A DNA stretch of 64,000 nucleotides from Hypanus sabinus (taxonomy: Eukaryota), in NCBI RefSeq assembly GCF_030144855.1, contig NC_082720.1, positions 22,816,001 to 22,880,000 of the forward strand, in the 5' to 3' direction. Below, one piece after another: positions 40,241-52,976 of this stretch. Position 1 is the stretch's first letter; every line of letters starts with the position of its first letter. Under the pieces are notes generated by a model. That model had not been told where the DNA came from. It did not search any database and saw nothing but the letters and a program-made list of their open reading frames with translations. A program made the translations under genes and the position numbers.

Positions 40241-40495
40241 TTATGGTCTCCCCTCCCTTCAACATGACCTAAACAGAGTTCTGCTTCCATTTCAGAACAA
40301 TCTCTTCGATTATTTAACTTTTTCTATGAAAAAGAACTTCCAAAGTTCTGGCGTTCCAAAGGTTATCTTATTGTCAAAGTATGCATGTACAATACAACTC
40401 TGGAATAAGCTGAGCAGAAGGAGATAACCTTGTCATCTCAGTGAAATTTTATGAATAATTACACTTATCTTCTGGACAAAAAAGGAATTACTCAC

Positions 40496-40554
40496 AGGCA
40501 AATGTGGAGTTGAACTGGAATCTCTCAGATATGTAGACGTAGAGGTTGTAAGAC
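40496..40554 (-). CDS. Candidate mucin-like (Ser/Thr-rich) exon
   Basis: long pyrimidine tract...cattacag|...|gtgagt, 59 nt: GLTTSTSTYLRDSSSTPHLP (phase 1->0). Confidence 0.55.
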
Positions 40555-41569
40555 CTGTAATGACAGTTTTAAGAACGAAAAGTGCAGGAAACAGAACAAG
40601 ATGGTATTGAATGTAAAAACAGTGTATCCAGATATTGAGATAATTTGCCAAAACAGTCTCAGTTTTCAGAACATAGAACATTACAGCACATAAACAAGCT
40701 CTTCAACTCATAATGTAGTCACAAACCAAATAAATCAGTAATAAAATGGCCAACTAAACTAAACCTTCATGCCTACTACTGCCAAAAGGAACTACAGTCT
40801 ACAGATTAGTGGATTTGGATGAATCAAGGACAGGGGAAGTAGACAAACCAATTGTCATTGTTCCCCAACCCTCCATTTTGTGAACTCAGAACTGATTCTT
40901 GCTGAGGGATAATCTAATCAGAACAAATAAATGTGGACATAAGGAGCTTCAGCTAAAGACCTGCTAACCCTGTGACCTTTCTCAGATGAGCAGCTATTGT
41001 AAAGTGGTAGATTTACTCGAGAAGTGATTTGTAATCTCATTAGATTTGGTGTTTGGGTCACCTAGTTTAACTGGTTTGGACCAATCAGGGTTGATAGAAA
41101 CAAATACAGAAGGCTGGGGTGGACAGAAATATGAAACAATGTTGGTTATAGCCCTGGACTAGGACCAGGTGGGCCAGGTGACCTTGAGCCAATGGGTTGG
41201 AGATCCACCAGTTCAACTGATGAGGTACACTGTAAAAGTCTGGAGCTCCAAATGCGTTACAGCGATAACTCTCCAGCAACCAGAGAGCAACCATCATAGA
41301 TGAAGAGGACGCCACGGACATGTGGAGATCAGGATAATGAGAATGCCTGGTCAGCGTAGACTCCTTTCCCTGGTAGCACCTGTTCCCTTCATTGACTGTT
41401 CATGGAGAGTCTGGGAATTCTTGTGGGTGTGCTCACAAGTAGTTAGTTAGCGAACCCACATGCTTTTTAGTTGAGACAATAAAAGTTACTTGTAGGTAAA
41501 TAGAGATTCTCTCTGTAGCTTTCCAATCATTGTTACAAGGGGTGATTGTTAAAACAAGGCCCTTCAACC

Positions 41570-42170
41570 CACTATGTAGTGCTGAAACAAATAAATTAAC
41601 CACATATTCCTATCCCTCTCTCAACAAAGTCTCTGCATTGGCCAGAACGTCATAATTCCATGTACTGATCCAAGCTCCAGTTCATCATCTTTATCCATAC
41701 TACTCAGAGCATTAAATTACACACACTACAAACTATCTGTCGTATCTACTTATTACTTTTCTCCTGCCTGTTTTTACTGGCCCTGACATCTACCTTCCTC
41801 TGTATCCCTCCACTTTCTGACCTGGAGTTCCGGTTCCATTCCCCGGCTAAACTAATTTAACCCATCCTGAGTAGCACTGATGACCCTCCTGGCCAAGAAA
41901 TTGGTTCTTCTCTAGTTCAGGTGCATCCAGTCCCCTCTGTTCAGGTCACCCCTGGCCCAGAAGAGGTTCTAATGATCCAAGAACCTGAAACTCTGCCCCT
42001 GCACTAATTCTATAGTTATTCATTCATTTGTACTATCATTCTATTCCTGCTCTAACTCGCAGGTGAAACAGGGATTAATCCGAAAGTTATTGCCTTGGCA
42101 GTCTTGCTCTTCAGCCTCTTTCCTACCTCCCTATACACAATTCCCAGGCAATCAATTTTCCTTGGGCTTC
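41570..42170 (-). mobile_element. CR1-type LINE, ORF1 (esterase-like) and ORF2 junction fragment
   Basis: Recognisable CR1 5' region on the minus strand (gggtgacctgaac...ctggatgcacctgaac...ttcttggccaggagg). Confidence 0.55.
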
Positions 42171-42439
42171 TGCATTCCACTAATTTGGTCAGAAATTATC
42201 AGTCAGTCAAGGAGTCTGTTACATCCTCTACATTTGAGCTCAGTTCTTTTCCTCAAGAAGAGATTGAAATAAGTAATGAGGATGTTCCAAGGTGAGGTTT
42301 AGAGTCAAGTCCTTGTGAAGATGCATTCTGTCATTAATGAGCCATTGATGTTGTCATGGTGAGAGATTCTCCACTAGGTGCTCATGGAGTGAGATTTGAT
42401 TTGGCTTCTCTCCATTACTGTTGTTTTTAATCCATGATC

Positions 42440-45400
42440 ACCTTTATTTAATCTATTTTATCTACACTAGAAGATATTTATTTTGGAATTTTTTTTGGAG
42501 TTATAATTGTGAATTTTTGAAGAAACGAGCACAGAAGTGAGTACAATGAGTACAAGATCTAAAGGGCCAGATTCAAAAGATGGGAAAGATAACAACGGTA
42601 ACATTAAGAAGAAAAGAGGTGAACCTAAGCATACTGAATTAATTTATGATACAATGTTGGAACTTTTAAACACACAATGTATTGAACTACGTCAAAATAT
42701 TAAAATAGATTTTAAGGCACTCCAGGATTCTTTGGTCACAAAGTTAAACAACAATAATCCAAAATCACAGAACTACAGGACGAAGCTCAGAAGAGAGATC
42801 AGAAAATTGATTGCTTGGACAAACTTTGTCTTTGACAGTTAAACAGTTGAAGAGTTTTAAATCCAAGATCATCGATCTAGAAGACAGAATCTATGTATAA
42901 TCGGTCTCCATGGAGATGTCAAGAAAGGGGACCCTTTAAAATTCTTTTCTCAAATTTTAAAGGATGCATTTACCTCTGAATTCCCAAATGACCCCCCATT
43001 ACTTGACCGCGCCCATCGCTCCTTTCCTCGAATACCGGTTCCCCAGTCAAAACCTTGAGCAGTGATTGTCCAGTTTCATTATGTGCACGTTAAAGATCAT
43101 CTTATTCGAATTTCTCTTTGGCAAGGTATGATTAAATTTCAAAATGATCAATTTCGTCTTGTGGAGGATTACAGCCCAGAAGTAATGAAGGCATGGTTGG
43201 CTTTTAAAGCTTTGATGTCGGAATGTTATGAAAAGGGTCTCAAACCAGCATTATTATATCCTGCGCGACTCAGAATTTCCCCTTTGGAAGGACAATGCCA
43301 TTTCTTCCTCTCTACGAGTGCAGCTCGAAGTTTCTTGAATGAACATTATCCATCTGTTTTGGACACTCAGTTTTAATTAATCTATGGTTTTGTAGTCCTG
43401 GCTCTGTACTTACGTGNNNNNNNNNNNNNNNNNNNNNNNNNNNNNNNNNNNNNNNNNNNNNNNNNNNNNNNNNNNNNNNNNNNNNNNNNNNNNNNNNNNN
43501 NNNNNNNNNNNNNNNNNNNNNNNNNNNNNNNNNNNNNNNNNNNNNNNNNNNNNNNNNNNNNNNNNNNNNNNNNNATTTTCCTATGGAGTTCGATGTTTAT
43601 AAGTTTAAGCTCATCATTGGTTACTACTGTAGTTACACTTTACATTTTAACTGTAGTTTTTTTTGTTGATGTACTCGTCTTTTTTTCTTTTAATTTTGCT
43701 ATTTTTTTAATTATTTGATTTTTGACATTTTGATTAATGACTTGATGGTGGATTTTTCTTTTTGTTTTGTATAATCAAGATGGTGGTTCATTTTTCTTAT
43801 CTCATATTTTCTCTTGTTCTTTTACTTGGCCATTTCTTTTTTTTGCCTTCTTCTTCCCATAATGCTTTTTTGTTTTTTGAAGTGTTATTTTCAATTGTTT
43901 ATGTTTTTTTCCGATTAATAATATGCTGATGTTTACTCTTTTTCCCTTTTTTAGAAACCACTTCATGAAGATCGGCATAGTACAATTCTTAAGTTTTTTT
44001 GGATTTTGGGTGGTCTTTTTTAACATACTTTATTGGCGTTGCCTTCTGGAGAATCGGGGCTAGATTTAGTGTTATTTCTCTTTCTGGCCTTCTTTAGGCT
44101 TAATTTTGGGTCTTTGCAGGTCAAGGGTGGGGGATTTTTCTATATTATTTTTATTCTTCTCATTTGGGCTGACTTAGAACTACAAAGATGTCTGCAGTGT
44201 CATCACTTCCAGTTTCTCCCTGAGCTTTTGTTCCTCTTCTGGGTTCATGAGTTTGGATTATGGTTAACTCTTTACATACCAAAGGGTTGACTCTACAAAA
44301 TTATGGCTCAGATTATTAATTTTGTCTCTTGGAATACAAATGGTTTAAACTATCCGATTAAATGGAAGAAGACCCTTAATGTATTCCAAAGACTGAATGC
44401 TCATATTACTTTTGTACAAGAAACTCATGTGAGGAAAGAGGATAATCAGCGTTTTTTCAGGTTTTGGAAGGAACAACAGTTTCATTCGAATTTGCATGCT
44501 AAAGTGAGAGCAGTTTCAATTTTTATAGATTCCTCAATTACATTTGTTCATCGTGATACTGTTTCACATCTGAATGGCAGATTTTTGTTTATTACTGGGT
44601 TACTTTTTAATAAAAATGTGGTTATGGATAATGTTTACACTCCAAATGTGGATTATCCTGAATTTTTTAAGAATTTATTTACTGCTTTCCCTGATCTAAA
44701 TGAATATATGCTGATAATGGGTGGTGATTTTAATTGCTGTTTGAATCCCTCGATGGATCGATCTATATCTACTCAAGCCTTACCAAACAAATCGGCTACT
44801 CTTATCAACTCCTTCATGAATGATTCTGGAATTTTGGATATTTGGAGATTTCTACACCCCAAGGATAAAGTGTTTTCATTCTTTTCACATGTTTATCATT
44901 CTTACTTCAGAATTGATTACTTTTTTATTGACTCTTGTCTCATCCCATCTGTGATTGACTGTAACTATGACATTATTGCTATTTCTGATCATGCTCCAAG
45001 GAAACCTTCTGCCAAATTACTGGATACAGCTCCTACTATTAGACACTAGTGCTTTAATTCAAATTGCTTCAGGACTTGGATTTTGTCAAGTTTATGAATG
45101 AACAGATCAATTTCTTTTTTTCAACTAATTTTATGGAAGAAACCTCCAGCAGGATACTTTTAAGGCATATATCTGTGGTCAGATTATTTCCTATTCTGTT
45201 GGTACGAGGACATTTATTAAGAATGAAACATTATTATTGGTTGATAAGATTAAAGAAATAGATAAGAAATATTCCATCACTCCTAGTAAGGAGCTTTATA
45301 AACAAAGAGTCAAGCTTCAAATGGAACATAATTTATTACTTACCTCCTTGATTGAAAATCAATTAATGAAAACCAGAAGTAAGTTTTATAAACATAGTGA

Positions 45401-46345
45401 TAAATCGGGTAAATTATTAGCTAATCAATTGAAAGCTACCTCAGTTAAATCCCAAATTATTAAGATTCGTAAACAGATGATAATTTGACAGTTAATCATG
45501 ATGAAATAAACAAATCTTTTCAAGAGTTTTATACCTCTTTATATAACTCTGAATTTCCCAATGATCCTAATTTCATGTATGATTTTTTAAGGAAATTGAA
45601 TTTTCCGAAACTATCACCCCAAAAACGTTTAATACTAGAAACTTCTTTTACAGATGATGAAACAAAAAGTGTTATTTCTTCAATGAATTCTGGTAAAGCA
45701 CCAGGTCCAGATGGTTATACAGTTGAATTCTTTAAGTGTTTTTCTTCTATTCTCACCCCTTGGTTAGGTAGAGTTTTTAAAGAAGCAATTAGATTAGGTA
45801 AATTGGCACAATCATTTTATAGGGCTTCCATTTCTTTAATTTAAAAATAGAATAAAGATCCTACTGATTGTGCATCATATAGACCAATATCTTTGTTAAA
45901 TGTAGATTCTAAGATTTTTAATAAGATATTGGCAGCTTGGTTAGAGAGGGTGTTACATCGAATTATATCTGTGGATCAAACTGGATTTATTAAAAACTGT
46001 TACTCTTCTTTTAATATTAGGAGATTAATGAATATTGTTTACTCTCCTTCATGTAGGATTCCAGAATATGTAATTCCATTAGATGCTGAGAAAGCATTTG
46101 ACAGAGATGAATGGCCATATTTATTTACTGCGCTCATGAATTTTAATTTCAGTTCGACTTTTATATCTTGGATTAAATTGATATATCATAACCCAGTAGC
46201 TTCAGTTAGTACTAATAATCAAAGATCTCCCTTTTTTGTTTACTTCAGGGCACCAGGCAAGGTTGTCCTCTTAGCCCATTACTATTTGATATTGCTCTGG
46301 AACCTTTAGCAATTGCTATTTGAGAATCACCTAATATTTTCACCT
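42440..46345 (+). mobile_element. L1-clade LINE (second subfamily): ORF1, T-rich spacer, ORF2 endonuclease and partial RT, 3'-truncated
   Basis: ORF1 42537-43376 (KPALLYPARLRI). ORF2 from 44303 (FVSWNTNGLN, FVQETH, MGGDFN, SRIDYF-like, ISDH, KAPGPDG, DAEKAFD). Confidence 0.93.
43417..43574. other. Assembly gap (N run)
   Basis: 158 Ns within the L1 inter-ORF spacer. Confidence 1.
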
Positions 46346-46514
46346 ATTATCTTCACAAGGAGTCAAGTCCTGGTAAAGATGTATCCTGTCATTAATGAGC
46401 CATTGATGTTGTCATGGTAACTCATGGATACTACTACCATTACTATTACATTGTACATTTTATATTGTAGCATCCAAAACCAGAAGATTCAAGTTCATTT
46501 GCAGATCATCTTTG

Positions 46515-48500
46515 TACTTTGTGGTGTTCAAAGGCTGTAATAAATCTAGTCATGAAGAAAAGAAAAGCTTACAAAAGGTTCAGAGAGCTAGGAAATGTTA
46601 GAGATCTAGAAGATTATAAGGTTAACTGGAAGAAGCTTAAAAAGGAAATTAGGAGAGCCAGAAGGGGCCATGAAAAGGCCTTGGCAGGCAAGATTAAGGA
46701 AAACCCCAAGACATTCTACGAGTATGTGAAGAGGAAGAGGATAAGACATGAAAGAATAGGATCTATCAAGTGTGACAGTGGGAAAGTGTGTATGCAACCG
46801 GAGGAAATAGCAGAGGTACTTAATGAATACTTTACTTCAGTATTCACTATGGAAATGGATCTTAGTGATTGTAATGCTGACTTGCAGCAGACTGAAAAGC
46901 TTGAGCATGTAGGCACTGTATTAAGGAAGACGATGTGCTGGAAATTTGGGAAAGCATCAAGTTGGATAAGTCACTGGGACCGGATGAAATGTAACCCAGG
47001 CTACTGTGGGAGGTGAGGGAGGAGATTGCGGAGCCTCTGGCGATGACCTTCGCATCATCAATGGGGAGGGAGAGCTTCTAGAGGATTGGAGGTTTGTGGA
47101 TGTTGTTCCTTTATTCAAGAAAGGGAGTAGAGATAGACCAGGAATTTATAGACCAATAAGTCTTACTTCAGTGATTGGTAAATTGATGGAGAAGATCCCA
47201 AGAGGCAAGATTTATGAACATTTGCAGAGGTATAATATGATTAGGAATAGTCAGCAAGGCTTTGCAAATGGCAGGTCGTGCCTTACGAGCCTGATTGAAT
47301 TTTTTGAGGATGTGACTGAACACATTGATGAATGAAGACCAGTAGATGTAGTGTATATGGATTTCAGAAAGTCATTTGATAAGCTACCCCATACAAGGTT
47401 TACTGAGAAAGTAAAGAGGCTTGGGATCAAAGGGAACATTGTTTTGTGGATCCAGAACTGCCTTGCCCACAGAAGGCAAAAAGTGGTTGTAGACGGGTCA
47501 TATGACCTGTTGTGTGCCTCAGGGATCTGTTCTGGGACCCTTCTCTTTGTGATTTTTATAAATGACCTGGATGAGAAAGTGGAGGGATGGTATAGTAAGT
47601 TTGCTGATGACAGAAAGGTTGGAGGTGTTGTGGATAGTGTGGAGGGCTGTCAAAGGTTACAGTGGAACATTGATAGGATGCAAAACTGGGCTGAGAAGTG
47701 GCAGATGGGGTTTAACCCAGATAAGTGTGAAGTGGTTCATTTGGGTAGGTCAAATATGATGGCAGAATATAGTATTAATTGTAAGACTCCTATCAGTGTG
47801 GAAAATTAGAGGGATCATGGGGTCCGAGTGCTTCGGACACTCAAAGCAGCTGCGCTGGTTTACTCTGTGGTGAAGAAGGCATATGGTGTATTGGCCTTCA
47901 TTAATCATGGAATTGAATTTAGGAGCTGAGAGGTAATGTTTCAGCTATATAGGACCCTGGTCAGACCCCACTTGGAGTACTATGCTCAGTTCTGGTTGCC
48001 CCACTACAGGAAGGATGTGGAAGCCATAGAAAAGGTGCCGAGGAGATTTACAAGGATGTTACCTGGATTGGGGAGCATGCCTTATGAAAACTGGTTGAGT
48101 GAACTGAGCGTTTTCTCCTTGGAGCAACAGAGGATGAGAGGTGACCTGATAGAGGTGTATAAAATGATGAGAGGCATTGATCTTGTGGATAGTCAGCTTT
48201 TTCCCAGGGCTGAAATGCTTGCCACAAGAGGACATGGGATTAAGGTGCTGGGGAGCAGGTACAGAGGAGATGTCACGGGTAAGCAACAGTGGAGAGTACA
48301 TGGAATAGGCTGCCAGCACCAGTGATGGAGGCAGATACGATAGGGTCTTTTAAGAGATTTTTGGATAGTTACATGGAGCTTAGAAAAATAGAGGGATATA
48401 GGTAAGCCTAGTAATTTTTAAGGTAGGGACATGTTAGACACAACTTTGTAGGCCAAAGGTCCTGTATTGTGCTGTAGGTTTTCCAAGTTTCTATGTTTCT
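46515..48500 (+). mobile_element. CR1-type LINE, ORF2 RT and 3' end
   Basis: YRPISLTS, GRSCLTSLIEFFE, YMDFRKSFDK, FADD, LVRPHLEY; tail ...ctatgtttct. Confidence 0.95.
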
Positions 48501-48668
48501 ATCATTAAACAGTCCAAGAATCTCCACACGGCAACAATACCAGCCGCGAACTCCTCTCTGTAGATCACATCTACATCTGTGTGATACATCTCCTTCCCCA
48601 ATTCTAACACCAAGATGATAGCCCTGGGATGTTACAGAAGTTACACTCAGGTCTGGTAACCTAATAAG
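48501..48668 (-). pseudogene. TIM-family IgV exon fragment (C-terminal half)
   Basis: LIRLPDLSVTSVTSQGYHLGVRIGEGDVSHRCRCDLQRGVRGWYCCRVEILGLFND. The N-terminal half is absent and the 3' end is replaced by the CR1 tail. Confidence 0.88.
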
Positions 48669-48819
48669 TACAAGGTGTACAGTTACAATCCCTGGAAAGC
48701 CATCTCTTTCTATGCTTGCTTTGGCTGTCAAAGGATTGATTAACTCCCACAGTTTCCAATGTCCCTGTGATTTCTGTCTCTGAGGCAGACATGAGAGCAT
48801 CCTGAAGGAGGGTGAACCC

Positions 48820-49270
48820 ACAAAAAGCATCTGAGCCAGAGGGGGTACCTGGCCAGGTACTAATGACCTGTGCTAATCAGCTGGCTGGAGCATTGGCCAA
48901 TATCTTTAAACTCTTGCTTGAACAGTCTGAGATACCCAACTGCTTCAAGCAGGCTTCAATTACATTGCTGCCTCAGAAGAATGCAGTAACCTGCCTCAAT
49001 AACTATCATCCAGCAGCACTTACATCCACTGTGATGAAGTACTTTGAGAGGTTGGTGATGAAACATATCAATTCCTGCCTGAGAGGTGACTTGGATTTGC
49101 TCCAATTAGCTTTTGATGTCATTCTCCACAATAAATACTGACAGAAAATACATATTCCTTCAGGGCCTAGAATGTGACCCCACATTATCTAATGATTTGA
49201 TGTGTATGAACAGTAGGCAAAATAAGCATTTCACTGTATCAACACATGTGACAACAAATAAACCAATACC
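48820..49270 (+). mobile_element. Rex1-type RT fragment plus retroposon tail
   Basis: NPQKASEPEGVPGQVLMTCANQLAG...NNYHPAALTSTVMKYFERLV. Confidence 0.8.
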
Positions 49271-49399
49271 AATTCCAATAAAGACCTCATCCGATTCCCA
49301 TCACTCAAAATTTAGATTACCACAGTGATCCATGGGAGGATGATTCTTCCTCCAGTTGCTTTTTTGTTCTCAGTGTACTTATGGAATCTTTGATAATCT

Positions 49400-49810
49400 C
49401 CTTCATTTTATCAGACAGAGATATCTCGTAGTCCCCTTCTAATTTCATTCCCAAGTGTGCTCCTACATCCAATATACTCCTCCATAATAATTGCATGAAA
49501 CACGCTGCCTATACCTATCACTTGCCTCCTTTTTCTGGACCAGATCCTCCATATCCTTTATCACCAGGTTCTCTAATTTTACCAGCTTTGTACATCACTC
49601 TAACAGGAACATGTTGGTGCTGAAGTCTTCCTGTCACACAGTTAAGTGCCTCCCATTTGCCAGATGTCCCCTGACCTGCAAGCAGCCTCTGCCAGTCAAC
49701 TTTTAAGAATTTTAAGAACTTTTAAGTGTCCTGACAAAGGGTCTCCACCTGAAACGTTGACTGCTTCTTTCAATGGACGCTGCCCGACCTGCTGAGTTCA
49801 TCCAGCTTAT
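49400..49810 (+). mobile_element. Penelope 3' fragment with degenerate hammerhead motif
   Basis: gtc CTGACAA agggtctccacct GAAA cgttgactg followed by gctgcccgacctgctgagttcatccagc. Confidence 0.7.
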
Positions 49811-50180
49811 TCTGATGACACCATCAGAATAAGCCTTACCCCAGTTTATGACATTATATTGAATCATATCAAAAGCTAATATAATTATGGTCACTGATCA
49901 CAAGCTGCTCTCCCCACCACTGAACAAATCATCCACTTTCCCACCTCATTTCCTATGAAGAGGTCGAGTCTAGCCCCTTCTCTAGAAAGGGAAGGAAATG
50001 TTTTACTTATTTGTGTGTTTTGAGGAGGTGTTAGGTTAATTAATGAGAATGGATGCCGTTTACTTCAACTTCAGTAAAGTGAATGGCAAGGTGCTTCAGA
50101 AGTTTAAGGACCATGGGATCTACAGATACCTGGCTATACAATACTTTATCTAAGTTAAAGCCACCGTAATTGTTAATTTT

Positions 50181-50239
50181 CTACTCATGAACATTTAAAT
50201 TATAAGCAATTTCAAGGCCTTCTTGTCCACTTTGAAGAT
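50181..50239 (-). CDS. Candidate short terminal exon after the mucin exon
   Basis: T-rich 93-nt intron, aactatag|, phase 1: DLQSGQEGLEIAYNLNVHE-stop. Confidence 0.45.
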
Positions 50240-50332
50240 CTATAGTTAAATTGTGCAGTATACACAAATAAAAAAAAAAATGATGTCATTGTTTAGAGGA
50301 TAAATTGTAATACCTGGAAGATGCAGACTGAC

Positions 50333-50416
50333 CTGGGTAAGTAGATGGAGTAATGTCACTTCCACGGTCTGTAGACAAGGACTCAGTTGTGGTTGAAGGA
50401 GATGTTGTGCTCGTGG
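50333..50416 (-). CDS. Mucin-stalk exon of the TIM-like gene
   Basis: ttttcttctgttacag|...|gtcagt, 84 nt, phase 1->1, open: (A)TSTTSPSTTTESLSTDRGSDITPSTYP. Confidence 0.75.
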
Positions 50417-50487
50417 CTGTAACAGAAGAAAAGTTAATTTACTTTCATGTCAATGAACTCATTCATTTTTCTCAATCAATGACTTAC

Positions 50488-50515
50488 ATAGAACTAAATG
50501 AGGGCTGGGTTAGAT
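50488..50515 (-). CDS. Candidate micro-exon (28 nt, frame-shifting)
   Basis: cttactcgttctccag|ATCTAACCCAGCCCTCATTTAGTTCTAT|gtaagt; 71-nt intron to the mucin exon; reads DLTQPSFSS. Confidence 0.45.
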
Positions 50516-51019
50516 CTGGAGAACGAGTAAGTGTGACAGATATGCAGGTTCAAAGTGCCTTTCACATTTCCACAATTAAACAAAAAAAAACATCGAATTT
50601 GTGGTGATACACAGGAATGCTCTTGTTAGAGAAATAAAACAGTGAAGTAAACAGATGGTCTTTGTCTTGGGGGTCAGTAGGTGCTGGGTTGAATGCAGTT
50701 CTATGGAGGACCCAGTTATTTACACTCTATTGGCGAGGATGAGTGAAAATGGCAACGTGCTATGGGTGTCTTACAAAACTTCAAAATATACTTCTGAATG
50801 ACTCTCACTGCAATCTGCAGACAGAAATATCCCTTGAACATAATTTTGCACCATTTTGAAGAATTAGTGATTTCACGATCTTCTGAAGGACTCAGAGGAC
50901 TTAACTCTCAAGCAGGCAGGTATGGCATCTTTAAGTAGACAAAGATAGATCACCATGGTTGGATGAGAGGGAGGAGGGGAAGACTTGAAGCTAGAGCAAA
51001 ACGTCAGGGGATAAAATTT

Positions 51020-51330
51020 ACTCTACCCAGTAGTCTGTTAGCAAATGTAGTCGATGGAGAACAAGATTGAGGACTCAAGGGCAAGATCACTGTATCAGAG
51101 GGAAATGAGGAATTGTCACATTCTCTTTTTCATGGAGACAAGGCTTACTTCAGACATACTGGATAAATCAGTGAGACGTGATGACTTCTCAATACACAGG
51201 ATGGACTGGACTGTTGATTCAGAGAAGGCAATAGATGGGGGACTGTGTTTCATGATAAGCTCTTTGTGGTGCTCGGCCACAATGGCCTTGTCAGAATATT
51301 ATTCCCCTGACTTGGAACATCTAAGATCGC
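51020..51330 (+). mobile_element. Rex1-type LINE endonuclease fragment
   Basis: ENKIEDSRAR..QREMRNCHILFFMETRL. Confidence 0.7.
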
Positions 51331-51970
51331 TTTAATGTTGAAATTGAGCTTGCATGCACCACTTGTTCTGTCAGCTCATTCCACACTCTCACGGTCCTCT
51401 GGGTGAAGTTGTTCTTCTTAGACTTTTCACCTTTCACCTTTAACCCACGTCCCACCCAACCTCAGTCAAAAAAGCCTACTTGAATTAACCCTATCTATAC
51501 CCTTCATAATGTTGTATACCTCTATCAAATCTCCTCTTGATCTTTTACATCCTAGGGATTAAAGTCCTAACCTATTCAATCTTTTCTCATAACTCAGGTC
51601 CTCCAGGTACAGCAACATCCTTGTGAATTTTCTCTGCACTCCTTCAACCTTGTTTACATATTTCCTGTAGGCAGGTGACGAAAACTGTACACAATGCTCA
51701 AAACTAGGCCTCACCAATGTCTTATGCAATTTCAACATAACATCTCATCTCTTGTACTGAATATATTGATTTTTGAAGGCCAATGTGCAAAAGCTTTCTT
51801 TATGGCCATTTCTGTCCACGACAGCACTTTAAACGAATTACGAATCTGTATTTGCAGATCCCTTTTGTTCTACCACACTCCTCATTGCTCCACCAGTCAC
51901 TGTGTAAGACTCGTCCTGCCTAAGTGCAAAACCTCACACTTGTCTGCAGTAAATTCCATCTTCAGTAGAA
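51330..51970 (-). mobile_element. CR1-type LINE 3' fragment
   Basis: Collinear with the 13120-13737 and 23471-23990 copies. Confidence 0.8.
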
Positions 51971-52976
51971 AGTCTCTTGATGCTTGTTACCAATTTCCAT
52001 ACTACTCTCACTTTCATATGATCCATCTGGTTTATATCTGCCTTTCCACATAAAATACACTTCACACTTCTGAGCATCCATCGCCCATTCCTCCATCCAG
52101 TTCTTAATGTCTATTATTGTCTATTTCATGATTCACAACGCATCCAAATTTTAGACTATTTGTATATTTTGAAAATATGATATACTTTTCCCTCACATTT
52201 TGCACTACTAATTTAATTTTTTTAAAAATATACTTACTCTAATTTACAGTTTTTATTTTATATTTACTATCTTTTTTATTATATTAACCTTGATGAAAAA
52301 TCCTGTAATTGTGTTTAGAGTAATACAGCATGGAAAGAGGCCCATGTCATTCATGCCAACCAAGATGTGCACCTAAATTACTCCTATTTCCAAATGTAGC
52401 ACATTATCAAATGTGTGAGGTTTGATGAGGTGATTATCTGACCTCATCAAAAACTGTGTCACAGTAATTAAACACCATTAGGCCTTAACAAAGCCACAAC
52501 TGATGTTTCTAAACAATCCACACTTATCCCAGTGATTACTAATTTGACACCTTTTCCAACACCTTCTCCATTTCAAAGCTAAAATACTTTTCACTTTCTT
52601 TAAGATGACTGATTTATTGTCTCCAGGTTTAGCACAGCTGCACACAGTTTGTATGGGTGATTTTTGATTAAACTGTTACAATGTCTGGAGTTGGTTACAC
52701 TATCTGATAAAGACCAAATGGTCTCAATAGCCTGAAACATTGCCCCACTTGTGATTGAGATGATATTTTCTGTTTCTTCTACACTAACGCTGAATATCCT
52801 TGGATATTCTATGTTGAACGTGCATCTATTCCAGCTTTTGCTAAACTCGTGAGATTAATAAACCATTTCCTCCCCACAGAATCACTTTCTGCTGCAATTC
52901 TCTTGGACAATTTACAACAGGCTGTGGATCTTCTTCACTGGATTTCTCTTTCCCTTTCCAGTGTGTTGTTTCTCAC

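Noticed and set aside
40805-40915. Possible 111-nt minus-strand exon (DYPSARISSEFTK...)
   Set aside because: Internal stop and weak donor (gtagac).
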